Assembly: GCF_006345805.1 (NCBI RefSeq)
Contig: NW_021835071.1
Coordinates: forward strand, 1 to 42,996
Origin: Octopus sinensis
Lineage: Eukaryota
Reading direction: 5' to 3'
Length of the DNA: 42,996 bases
This document shows positions 13,242 to 27,225 of the stretch, one piece after another. A program made the translations under genes and the position numbers. A model generated the notes under the pieces. It ran no database searches and was not told where the DNA came from. It worked only from the letters and a program-made list of their open reading frames with translations. Position 1 is the first letter of the stretch. Each line of letters opens with the position of its first letter.

Positions 13242-13263
13242 TTTATTATCACTATTATTATTA

Positions 13264-13294
<31 letters not shown>

Positions 13295-13580
13295 CATTAT
13301 TATTATTATTATTAATATAATTATCATTATTATTATTACTATTATTACTATTATTATTATTATCAGCAGCAGCAGCATCACTATCATCATCGTCGTCGTC
13401 CTCATCATCATTGGTATAATTATCATCTTCATCATCACCATCAGGACCATCATCATCATTATCAACATCGTCGTCAATATCACCAAAATCATCATACTCA
13501 GCCTTTTCCTCCTCCTCATCATCATCATCATCGTCGTCAGCAGCAGCCTATCATCAGCATCAACACATCATCAGCGTCAG

Positions 13581-13658
<78 letters not shown>

Positions 13659-13745
13659 AATCATCATCATCATCATCATTATCGTTACCCTCAATATCAG
13701 CATCGCCTTCATCATGACCACCAGCCTCCTCATCATTACCATCAT
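11437..13745. repeat. Trinucleotide complex: (CTT)n/(CCT)n, (CAT)n, (ACT)n, (ATT)n
   Basis: Direct inspection; source of the polyE/K/R, polyI, polyY and polyD ORFs. Confidence 0.95.
13150..13212 (+). mobile_element. Diverged SINE/LINE-type 3' tail followed by (ATT)n
   Basis: gtcctgagacattgtcttccatgttttgggcccttgtggccaataaaagaata aligns with the family C tail (reverse complement of 10484-10540). Confidence 0.5.
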
Positions 13746-13964
13746 TCGTTGCTCGTTCACCTCTTTCGTCTCTACCATTCATTATTTCACCCAAAATGTC
13801 CTTTGGTTATTCCTTCTTTTATTACGTCCTTCTTTACTTCCTTCACATCTGTGAGCCTTTCAAAATCCCTTTCTCCCCCCCCCCACACACACTCACACTC
13901 ATTCCCTTCGTCTACGTATAGCTATATGTTTCGCCGTCCCTCTATTCCAGTCTTTCTTGCTCCC

Positions 13965-16394
<2,430 letters not shown>

Positions 16395-16473
16395 TTTCAG
16401 TGTATATACGGTTGTGTTCAATTTTTTATCTGTTTATTTAGATTTTTCTTAATTTCTTAGATTTTTATTGCTA

Positions 16474-16837
16474 GTTTGGGAACAATAAAGTTCCTAAATT
16501 CATATTCGATGTTTCTAGACTTTCACAGTCTCATTTTGAAGAATTAAATGGATTTGGCGTCTGTGATGTTTCTTATAAACTTGCTCAATACTGCTCCAAA
16601 TGCTGCACGAACATTCTTAGTACCGTTTACTGTATCAATATATGGATATCTACCATCATTGTAGTATAGTTGATACAATGTATTGTGGTCTAAAGTTTGA
16701 CTAGAACAAAAGAAATCAACATGGGTTTGTAATATATAACAAACGACAGGGACGCTAAATGTATTAATTCTTGGAAATGAGACTATGAACATCTAGAAAA
16801 GTTGAATATCAATTTAGGGAACTTTATTGTTTTAAAC
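16474..16837. mobile_element. Old foldback/MITE-like element with about 88-bp diverged inverted arms
   Basis: Reverse complement of 16474-16561 aligns to 16751-16837 at about 80% identity (hand alignment, about 72 of 89 columns). Outer ends and TSD are eroded. Confidence 0.6.
16544..16700 (-). CDS. Candidate terminal coding exon (51 aa), or a TE-internal ORF
   Basis: Acceptor ttgatttcttttgttctAG (plus 16701-16702); after one base, QTLDHNTLYQLYYNDGRYPYIDTVNGTKNVRAAFGAVLSKFIRNITDAKSI*; AATAAA downstream on minus. It lies inside the inverted-arm element, so it may not be a host exon. Confidence 0.25.
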
Positions 16838-17010
16838 AGTTAAAAAAACATACGAAAAATTATACAATAAAACGATAAAGCTTTAACACGTTCGTTTATA
16901 AAAGGTATGAGGAAAACTGTTCCCCATTTATACGAATATGCATGTATATGAGTATGTGTATATGCATATATGTGTATTTATGTTAGTTTTTATGTCAAGT
17001 TACAATGAAT

Positions 17011-17190
17011 AGAGTGAGAGAAAGTTGCAGCGAAAGAGTACAACAGGGGTCGCCACCACCTCCTGCCCGAGCCTCGTGGAGCTTTAGGTGTTTTCGCTCA
17101 ATAAACACACACAACGCCCGGTCTGGGAATCGAAACCGCGATCCTCCGACCGCGAGTCCGCTGCCCTAACCACTGGGCCATTGCGCCTCC
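17011..17190 (-). mobile_element. tRNA-derived SINE (family A), 5' half
   Basis: A-box TGGCCCAGTGG, B-box-like GGTTTCGATTCCC; closely similar to the head at 20996-21120. A head fragment is repeated at 17272-17296. Confidence 0.85.
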
Positions 17191-17379
17191 GCTGCTGCTG
17201 CCACTGCTGATGCTACGACGACGACGATGAGAGCTGTTGCTGCTGCTGCTGCTGCTACTACTACTACTACTAACCATTGAGCCATTGCGCCTCCACTTGT
17301 TGTTGCTGTTCTTGTTGTTGGCTACAAATATACCAATATACAAATACCCATATACAAATACAAATATATCCATCATGAC

Positions 17380-18170
17380 TACCCACCTGATAAGGGTACA
17401 CTAGGCACATGTATCACAACCATATGCATCTGATATAGTGACCGCATATCAAGATAAACAGCGCATGACCTTGCAAAGTGGAGTCCAGTTATAATTTTCT
17501 ACATGACAAGTAACCCATCCCGCTGAAAAGGTCTTCGAATATGGGTCTTTGAAGGATGATGAATGAAACATCCATGTTTCCAGAGGTGAATTATTCAAAC
17601 CCCAAAGAAACACTCACAAAACATGGTTATGGTGCTCCCCTTATACTCCTCGTGATCAGAGATACTTATCGGCAGCCACCAGGGGACACACTTAACTGGT
17701 TAAGCTCAATCGACTGAGACGCAAATCTGCAATATTGAGCAGAATATTTACTGTTAACATATACATGTTAACACTTCCAATCAGTTAAGATCAGAAGCCA
17801 ATGACATTCCAGTCATGACCATCCCAATTTTTGGAGAGTGTATATTCCATTCTGTTGAATCCAAAATTTCTTCTTTTCTTTTTAACGTTGCAGATTGTAA
17901 TTTAAGTGGTATTTAGTTGCTGTATTTAGCAGGTCGTACGGCTACGTAGATGTGTCTTCATTGTTTCATTGATATAAGCATTGATGTTGTTTCTGAACGA
18001 AAAGCCTATAATCAAAAACTTTCCGTTAGTGACTATTTCATCTGTATTTGTTATGACATTCTATAGACTGGACTATCCCATGTGTCCTTGCTTTTTAAAG
18101 ATATGATTTGAATTAGATCCAGCTGCTATTTGTAGATAGTCGGGTGATTACTTAGAAACTATATGATAGA
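17380..18170. mobile_element. Probable old interspersed repeat fragments
   Basis: Resembles, from memory only, a common octopus repeat. Two diverged internal copies of an atttaag...gctg(c/t)attt..agca/ggtcg unit are visible (about 17900 and 18110). No termini identified. Confidence 0.3.
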
Positions 18171-19345
18171 AATTATAGCCCGCTATACTCAATGCCTTGC
18201 TGTATTTTGTTTTTATCAATTCGCATTTCGAGTTCAAATACCGTTGTGGAAGATTTGAACCATTCCTTCACGAAAAATGACAAAAACATCGTACGAGCCC
18301 TCTTTATCCACACACAAAAACTAATAATGGCGGAAAAGGATGATAGGCTAAGAAGAAAACAATAAAGTTTGACAGATTGAAAACGATCATTAAGGCAGAC
18401 GACAAATACAATCAGTTGAAGAAAAAAAATGGAAGACAATAAAATTGTAATGAAATGAAGAAAAAAGTGAGTAAAAGGGAGAGAAATATAGTTGTGCTGG
18501 TAGTTGTGTGAGATAGACAGAGAGAGAAAAAGAGGGAGAGAGGGTGAGGTATATTGTATGCGTGCAAGGGAGAAAGAGAATTGGAATGAAGTTTTAAAAA
18601 ATGATTGAAAGAAAAGAGATATTCAGAAATAAAATAAAAAAAAAAAAAGGAAGATTGAAAGAAGAGAAAATACAGGAAAGAATTGGCGGAGCTAGAGAGA
18701 AAAAGGATGAGAGAAATGGTGATTTTTTTTCTTTTTCTTTTTCTTTTTTTTTTTCAGAAAGGTTAATAGATTAAAAATGATCATTAAAGATAGCAGACGA
18801 TGGAGCAAACATGAACAAACGAGGGAACAGAACAGAGTAGAAGAAAGAAAAAAAACCCCCAAAAAAATCAAAGATGGCAGTCGGACAGAATGATGAAAAA
18901 GGAAAAGAAATATTAACCGAACGAACGAACGAATAGAAAAGACGACACAATGAACGAAGGAACGAACGAGAAAGCAGACGACAGAATGAACGAAAGAAAG
19001 GAAAAAAACTGAAAGAAAGAAAGAAACAAACAAGGATTTTTTTTTTTTTCGAAAACCATGTATAATGATCAAACAAAAGAAGTCGGAGAGAAGAAAGAAT
19101 GGCTAAATGGATGAAATGAACGAAGGAAAATAATGCCCATTACTCCGCCACAACCACAATGCTGAAAAAAAATAATCCAAAATTGCAATGCATACAGGGA
19201 AAAATGAAAGGTAGAAGAACGCTGTAGAACCATAATACAATTCCATTATTCCATCGAAGTTTCTTCTTATATCTGTTTTAAACAATTCTGCTGAAAGTGT
19301 ATCAGACAAGGACGTAAAGTGTACTACTCCGAGCAGGACAATGAA

Positions 19346-19430
19346 CGCTGATTGGCGAAATAGAACTGACTGAATAAATATATTAAATTAGCTGTATAAA
19401 TATAGCTAAACTGTTTAGATCACTGACACA
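19346..19430 (+). promoter_or_regulatory. Possible CCAAT + TATA core promoter
   Basis: Reverse NF-Y box CTGATTGGC (ATTGG at 19351-19355) about 45 bp upstream of TATAAATA (19395-19402). Chance occurrence is plausible in AT-rich DNA. Confidence 0.2.
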
Positions 19431-19434
19431 TTGC

Positions 19435-19593
19435 GTGGAGTATGTATGCATGCATGTGTGTATATATGTATGCATGCATGCTTTGTTTATATGAGTGTGC
19501 GTGTGTATGTTTGCACACACACACACACACATATTATATATATATATGTACCTACACATATATATATGAATAAGTTAATATATAAATATCATA

Positions 19594-19646
<53 letters not shown>

Positions 19647-20125
19647 AATATACATAATATATATACATGCATGAACAAGTGTATATGTTGTGTATAAATA
19701 TATATATGCACACAATATAATTATGTATATATATATATACACACACACCAAAACAACACACATATATATATATATGTACCTAAACATATATAAATATGAA
19801 TAAGTAAATACATATATATATATATATATATATAATATATATATACATAATATATATATACATGCATGGACAAGTGTATATGTGTGTGTATAAATAAATA
19901 TATATATATATATATACATATAAACATATACATACTTATATATACACACATTTTATATAGAGAGATATGCGTGTGTGTATATATATGTGTACACACATAT
20001 ATAGATATACATACATACACACAAAGCATACATACATACATACATACATACATACATACATACATACATACATACATACATACATACATAAATACATACA
20101 AACATTTATATATATATATATTTGT
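19435..20125. repeat. (TA)n/(CA)n/(TACA)n mosaic containing a roughly 200-bp tandem block duplication
   Basis: catgcatg(a/g)acaagtgtatatg at about 19667 and 19861; atatgaataagt at about 19564 and 19794. Confidence 0.85.
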
Positions 20126-20234
20126 GAATATACTGATTATAGAAATGAATATCTCGCCAATATAACGAAAATATTTTATTGTGTCAGAGACTTAGCAGAG
20201 TGCTCAATAGAGTCAATGAACTCAGTGACAAATA

Positions 20235-20411
20235 GGCATGGCTGTGTGGTAAGAAGTTTGCTATACAACTTCACAATTTCATGTTCGGTTCCACTGCGTG
20301 GCATCTTAGGCAAGAGATTGTAATATAGCTTAGCCTGACCAAAGACTTGCCAGTGAGCGGGTTTGGAAACTGAAAGAAGCTCGTCATGCGTGTGTGTTTA
20401 TGTGTGTGTGA

Positions 20412-20451
<40 letters not shown>

Positions 20452-20692
20452 ATATGTGTGTGTGTGTGTGCAGGAGTGTGATTGCCTTTGCGTTTGTGTC
20501 TTCCCTCACCCAGAACCACCACCTAACAACCGGAGTTAGTTTGTTGATGTCCCCGTAACTAAGCGGTTCGGCTAAGTTCCAGGCTTCAGAAAATAAGTAC
20601 TGAGCTCGATTCTTTCGATTAAAATACTTCGAGACACTGCACCAGCATGGCCGCAGTCCAGTGACTGAAACAAGTATAAAAGATAAAAGATA
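20235..20692 (+). mobile_element. Older full-length family B SINE
   Basis: Head tggctgtgtggtaag, expanded (TG)n centre, tail ccagcatggccgcagtccagtgactgaaacaagtataaaagataaaagata. Confidence 0.85.
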
Positions 20693-20862
20693 GCTGATAT
20701 GTATATATATATACATACATATATATATGTGTGTGTATATATATATATGTGTGTGTATATATATACGTATATATATGTACGTATATATATATATATATAT
20801 ATATTTATTATATATATATTATATATATATATGTGTGTGTGTGTGTGGTGTGTATATGTATA

Positions 20863-20901
<39 letters not shown>

Positions 20902-20995
20902 ATATGTGGTATGTATATATATATATATATATATATACATATATATACATATACATATGTATATATATATATATATACATATATAAAAACATATA

Positions 20996-21303
20996 GTGGA
21001 GGTTGCAATGGCCCAGTGGTTAGGGCAGCGGACTCGCGGTTGTAGGATCGCGGTTTCGATTCCCAGACCGGGCGTTGTGAGTGTTTATTGAGCGAAAACA
21101 CCCAAAAGCTCCACGAGGTTCCAGCATGGGTGATAATCCCTGCTGTACTCTTTCACCACTCTTTCTCCCACTCTTTCTTCTGTTGGCCTGCTCGCTTAGC
21201 CAGCGGGGTGGCATCATTCGAAGGCTAAAACAATGTGAACGCATTGTGACCAGCGACGTGTAACAACGTCTGATGGTCTGGTCGGTCACGTGATCACGTG
21301 ATA
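20996..21303 (+). mobile_element. Full-length family A SINE, 3' variant 1
   Basis: A-box TGGCCCAGTGG, B-box-like GGTTTCGATTCCC, tail ending gtcacgtgatcacgtgata; embedded in (TA)n. Confidence 0.85.
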
Positions 21304-21309
21304 TACATA

Positions 21310-21353
<44 letters not shown>

Positions 21354-21422
21354 TATATATACATATATATATATATACATATATATGTGTGTATAGATGC
21401 GTGTGTATGTGTACTATATATA

Positions 21423-21592
21423 TATACTAATACATCTGCTTGTGGTGTAGAAAACAAACAGATGTATTAGTATAACGCTCAGGAATAGAAAAGTCTTTTA
21501 CGTTTCGAGCCTATGCTCTTCTACAGAAAGGGACAGAGAAAAAACAAGGAGAGAAAAAAATGTGTGTAGTGGCTAAAGATCTATCATGGCGA

Positions 21593-21595
<3 letters not shown>
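21423..21595 (-). mobile_element. Penelope-like element terminal fragment with hammerhead-like motif and a 16-bp inverted end
   Basis: Minus strand CTGTAGA-A-GAGC-atag-GCTC-GAAACGTA. Perfect 16-bp inverted repeat at 21423-21438 / 21459-21474. The PLE assignment is inferred from the known association of minimal hammerheads and inverted pseudo-LTR ends with PLEs. Confidence 0.5.
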
Positions 21596-21639
<44 letters not shown>

Positions 21640-21729
21640 TATATATAATATATTAATAAATAAAACATATGCATATATATATACATATATGTACGTACCT
21701 ACCTCTACATGTATATATACACGCATATA

Positions 21730-21902
21730 TGAGTACAGGACACCAAAAAAACGTCGAACACAATGAGAAACGAAAACATAGACACAAACCCAAGGAACTG
21801 GACATTTTTCTTAAACAACAAAAAAATAGAGTACAGGACAAATAACACAAGGAAAAAAACCCTTCTTCAGTCGCCATGGTTTCATCTACTCTACGTTTCG
21901 AA
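21730..21902 (-). mobile_element. Second Penelope-like terminal fragment (probable)
   Basis: Minus strand carries cGAAACGTA and CTGAAGAAGGG, typical of PLE pseudo-LTRs, followed by a T-rich stretch. Confidence 0.35.
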
Positions 21903-22284
21903 ATATATATATTGTTTGTTCTTATCTATTTTTATTAGTATTTTCGTTTATTTATACGTCTCTAAGTATGTAAGTGTGTAAACATTTCTGCACGTACACT
22001 ATATTCCTCATATCCTCGTATCTGTCTGTTTAAGCGACATTATTAAACCAAAACGTTTCTCTGTCAAACAACATCGACTTGTGTATGTGGAATCAAAAGC
22101 ATCAGGAAAATATATGGAAACACTTAGAGACCATAATATAATTTATTAGTTTATGTCGAGACTATTCACTATTCCCTCTTCACAACAAATTTTTCCTGCG
22201 TTTCTTGTGCAGACGTCTTCTTTTACTTAGCATTCAATGGCAGCCATTTTCTTTTCCATTTATGTCAAGGAAATATTACTTTAT

Positions 22285-22700
22285 GTTGGCGGCGGCGGAG
22301 GATGTTTTTGGTGGTGGTGTTTGTAGTGATACTGATGGCTGTTGTGATGACAATCTGTTGGTGATTCTCGTAATGATGTTATTTACGATCGCAATGGTGG
22401 TGATGGTGGTTGTGGCGGTTGTGATGGTTGTGGTGATTGTGGTGGTCATGCTTGTGGTGGTGGTGGTGGTGGTAGTGGTGGTGGTCGTGGTGGTTGTGGT
22501 GAAGGTCGTGGTGGTCGTGGTGGTCGTGGTGGTGGTCGTGGTGGAGGTGGTGGTGGTCGTGGTGGTCGTGGTGGTCGTGGCAATGTTTATGGTCATGGTG
22601 CTAGTGGTGATGGTGGCGAAGGCGGCAGCAGCAACGGCTACGGCAATGGCAGATGCCCCAAGTTCGGCGGCGGTGGCGGCAGCGGTGGGGGGATATGATT
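22285..22700. repeat. (GGT)n/(CGT)/(GGC) array
   Basis: Direct inspection. Confidence 0.9.
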
Positions 22701-22794
22701 AGTAATTGATGGTGTTGTTCGCGAACACTGTGATGACCAAAAGAAAGCGTTCCATGCATAGCCATCGCTTTGAGTTTTTTTCCCCTTTAACTGG

Positions 22795-23132
22795 GTGTTC
22801 AGAACTACATTATCTGATGTCTCCTTCGAGGATAGTGTATCTAGAACTACATTATCTAATGTGTCTTTCTGGCATTGTGTATCTAGAAGTACATTATCTA
22901 ATGTGTCATTTAGGGATAATTTAGGGCTACATTGTCTAATATGGCCTTCTAGCATTGTGCATCTAGGACTACATTATCTAATGTGTTTTTGTCATTGTGT
23001 ATCTAGGTCTATATTATCTAATGTGTCCTTCTGGCATAGTGTACCTAGGACTACCTCATCTACTATGTTCTTTAGAGATAATTTATCTAGGATTACATTT
23101 TCTAAAATATCCTTCTGGCATATTGTATCTCC
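22795..23132. repeat. 42-bp minisatellite, about 8 diverged units
   Basis: Unit ctagaactacattatctaatgtgtctttctggcattgtgtat (42 bp); two units are shortened to 40 and 38 bp. Confidence 0.9.
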
Positions 23133-23401
23133 ATAGATTAAAAAAATGGTCGAGAACCACTGGACTAAACCATTCAAGTTAGTGCTCCAGCATGGTCGCC
23201 ATATATTGGTTTGGACTGATAAAATAAGTACCACACTTAAGGTAAGTACTACTGGGATCGACTTGTTTGACTAAATCTTTCAAGGGGATGCCCCCAGCTC
23301 ATTGATCTGACAACAGGGGCAACGAGGCTGGAAACTTATTTTAGGGACAATATTTGGAAAACCTTTTATTCTTAGGGAACCATTGCAGTACATTCTATGT
23401 C

Positions 23402-23493
<92 letters not shown>

Positions 23494-23519
23494 ATATTAT
23501 ATATATATATATATATAAT

Positions 23520-23567
<48 letters not shown>

Positions 23568-23657
23568 GTATATGTATATATCTATATAATATATACATTA
23601 CATATACATATATATATTATATATATAATATATATAGAGAGAGAGAGAGAGAGAGCA

Positions 23658-23694
<37 letters not shown>

Positions 23695-23992
23695 AAGGAG
23701 ACATAGAATGTACTGCAATGGTTCCCTAAGAATAAAAGGTTTTCCAAATATTGTCCCTAAAATAAGTTTCCAGCCTCGTTGCCCCTGTTGTCAGATCAAT
23801 GAGCTGGGGGCATCCCCTTGAAAGATTTAGTCAAACAAGTCGATCCCAGTAGTACTTACCTTAAGTGTGGTACTTATTTTATCAGTCCAAACCAATGTAT
23901 GGCGACCATGCTGGAGCACTAACTTGAATGGTTTAGTCCAGTGGTTCTCGACCATTTTTTTAATCTATGGAGATACAATATGCCAGAAGGAT
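23109..23992. repeat. 884-bp palindrome: 298-bp inverted arms around (CT)n-(TA)n-(GA)n
   Basis: 23109-23406 equals the reverse complement of 23695-23992 except one site (23204 T versus 23897 G). Confidence 0.97.
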
Positions 23993-24091
23993 GTTAGTTA
24001 AATTTCATATCTTTGAAAGGTTCAGCCGTGAAAGATCCACCAAACACCACGAAGAATCTTTAAGAAATTTCACTTGAGCCAACACACGGCG

Positions 24092-24160
24092 GTGCCCCAG
24101 CATGGCCACAGCTCGTGAGCTGAAACTAGATAAAATAAAATAAAATAAAATAAAATAAAA
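24092..24160 (+). mobile_element. 5'-truncated retroposon 3' end with (TAAAA)n tail
   Basis: 45 bp (24092-24136) identical to 24717-24761, each followed by an A-rich tail; related to the family B tail ccagcatggcc. Confidence 0.7.
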
Positions 24161-24215
24161 ATGGTTTGGATCAGAACTCGCTATAATTTCCTATTAAGAT
24201 GTCATTTTCCAGCAT

Positions 24216-24560
24216 TTTTTATCTTTTAATTCTTTTAGTCATCAGAGAGCGGCCATGCTGGTGCACCGCCTTGAAGATCCTTAGTCGAACGAACGGACCC
24301 CGGTATTTATTTTCTTTTTAAGCCTGATACTTATTCTATAGGTCTCTTTTGCAGAACCGCTAATATACGGGGACGTAAACAAACCAACATCGATTACCAA
24401 GCGGTCGTGAGAGACAAACACACACACACACAGTCATATACGACCGGGGTTTTTTTTCAGTTTCAGTCTAGCAAATCGATTCACAAGGCTATAGTCGGCC
24501 CAAAGCTACAGTAGAAAACACTCGCCCAAGGTTCCACGCAGTGGGACTGAACTCGGGACC
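24216..24560 (-). mobile_element. Family B SINE, diverged
   Basis: Reverse complement of the family B body (gcggccatgctgg...tacttattctat...cagtgggactgaac). Confidence 0.8.
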
Positions 24561-24584
24561 TCGAACCTTGTGATGGGGAAACAA

Positions 24585-24775
24585 ACACTGATGTCGATTC
24601 ATTCGACTAAAAATTCTTCAAGGCAGTGCTCCAGTATGGCCGCGGTCTAATAACTGAAACAAGTAAAAGATAGCAAATATTTCAAAAGTAATAAATTTCC
24701 TCCTTACGGTATATTCGTGCCCCAGCATGGCCACAGCTCGTGAGCTGAAACTAGATAAAATGAAAAATGAAATGA
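24585..24775 (+). mobile_element. Family B tail fragment (24585-24672) plus the second 45-bp retroposon end (24717-24775)
   Basis: gtgctccagtatggccgcggtctaataactgaaacaagtaaaagata; gtgccccagcatggccacagctcgtgagctgaaactagataaaat. Confidence 0.75.
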
Positions 24776-24994
24776 ATTATACCTTGCTCTCAAATTGAGC
24801 ACCTGCATTCGGTGGCCAAGAATATCTGAATGATATAATCAGGGCCGTCAAATCTTGTTGGAACCGTAAATGCACTATCGTAAGATGCGGGGGTGTCTTG
24901 ATGGAGCCTATTCCACGTTAGGTCTGGCCACAGTCGATTTCTTCAACAGAGAAAAAAAAAGAAGAATCTACCGCAACGCTTGGCTAGTGGTTTA

Positions 24995-25085
24995 CTTATA
25001 GGAACCGAAAGGATGAAAGGCAAAAGTCGATCTCGGTGGAATTTGAACTTGAAACGTAAAGAATCGGAACGAATACCGCCAATCC
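24995..25085 (-). mobile_element. Family C SINE fragment
   Basis: ccgaaaggatgaaaggcaaaagtcgatctcggtggaatttgaac matches 10600-10640. Confidence 0.75.
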
Positions 25086-25131
25086 TTTTCTTGTAATTCT
25101 TATGATTCTACCATCTTACCACTCGGACGAA

Positions 25132-25984
<853 letters not shown>

Positions 25985-26788
25985 TGCATATAATCATTAT
26001 ACCATTATATTGTTTATATGAAAAATGGAAGCGCTCGCAGCGGAGTTGAATATTCACAGACAGGACAACCGTTCTGAGAGAGAAAAGTGTCAGGAAACGA
26101 AGAATATCAACAATACAAAACCGAACAATGAGGGAACTGTGAAATTATGATGAAGAATTTCTATGGAGCTTAGTTTATTTATCACAAGCAGTAACTAATA
26201 CAAACAAAATCCTTTAGAACGTTGAGAGACAATAATCCGATTGTTAGGTGGTAAATGTTGGCAAATACGCTTTGAAATCTAAGGAGAGATATTATAAAAC
26301 AGATCCCATATTTCAAATAAGAACTGTGATACTATAAAATACAAAAAATGTACATAAATATACGAAGACAGAAAAGAGAAAATTTTAATACCAAAGATAC
26401 AACGAACGTAACACTTATATAATATAAGGAATATAATATATTCCTTTATCAGCCCAAAACGATGCTTATTGACATGTTTGGATAAAACAATGCCGTATAT
26501 AAAATAAATTGTAAGTAAGCCTAAATAAATAGTAATGACAAGAATATCTGATTTAGTTATATAAAACATGAATAGGAAGAAATGTGAATAGCGCTGAAGA
26601 AGTGAAATGCGCCATGATTGAACAAAGAGTTCGCACATAAGCATATACATGCATACGTACGCATACATACAAGCGAACATATATACCTGCATACATACAT
26701 ACATACTGTCGTCTGAACTCTCGGTATATTGCCCGTATCTTCGCAGTGTCAAATCTCACGCCCACATTTGGCCTTCTAAACTAGCCAC

Positions 26789-27225
26789 GGATCTTTTCGG
26801 TTTGAACGGCAGTTTTTTCACATAATTTTTAGGTAACTAAAAAATTTTAAACTTCGTATACTGGTAGAATGTGTTTATAAAACATCTTTTTCTCTTGGCT
26901 TTATTGAGAAAATTCTATAGTTTGTAAGATATTTGTTGTTGGGTTTTTTTTCTTCAATTTCTGCAATTTCAACCAATCAATGACGTCCATTGAGGTAAAA
27001 AAAAAACATTCTATGCCGTATGAATAAGTCCCTCGTTTAAGAAACAGATTGGGTTTATTTACATTTGTAAAGAAAAAAAGATACCCTTCCCCCCACCCCT
27101 AACCCTAACTAGCCCTAACCCTAAAACAGATTGGAATGCAATAGATCGGTACTAGAGTCATAATTATGGGTGACAATTTCATATGACACCGCTAGAAAAA
27201 ACTGCCGTTCAAAACGAAAAGATCC
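26789..27225. mobile_element. MITE copy 1 (GGATC TIRs, Merlin-like), flanked by a 37-bp direct duplication
   Basis: TIR GGATCTTTTCGGTTTGAACGGCAGTTTTT ... AAAAACTGCCGTTCAAAACGAAAAGATCC. 26752-26788 equals 27226-27262 (36 of 37 identical). Confidence 0.92.

Noticed and set aside
21855-21900. Second hammerhead candidate (GAAACGTA ... CTGAAGAAGGG on minus)
   Set aside because: The core halves are in type II order, but stem I cannot form and stem II would rest on G-U pairs; kept only as a PLE-like signature.
22795-23132. CRISPR-like array
   Set aside because: Contiguous tandem units with no unique spacers, eukaryotic context, no cas genes.
26024-26149. Short [24 protein letters not shown]... with good start context, and antisense CPVCEYST resembling a zinc-finger start
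   Set aside because: 41 aa with no homology recognised; the antisense frame stops before any His ligands.
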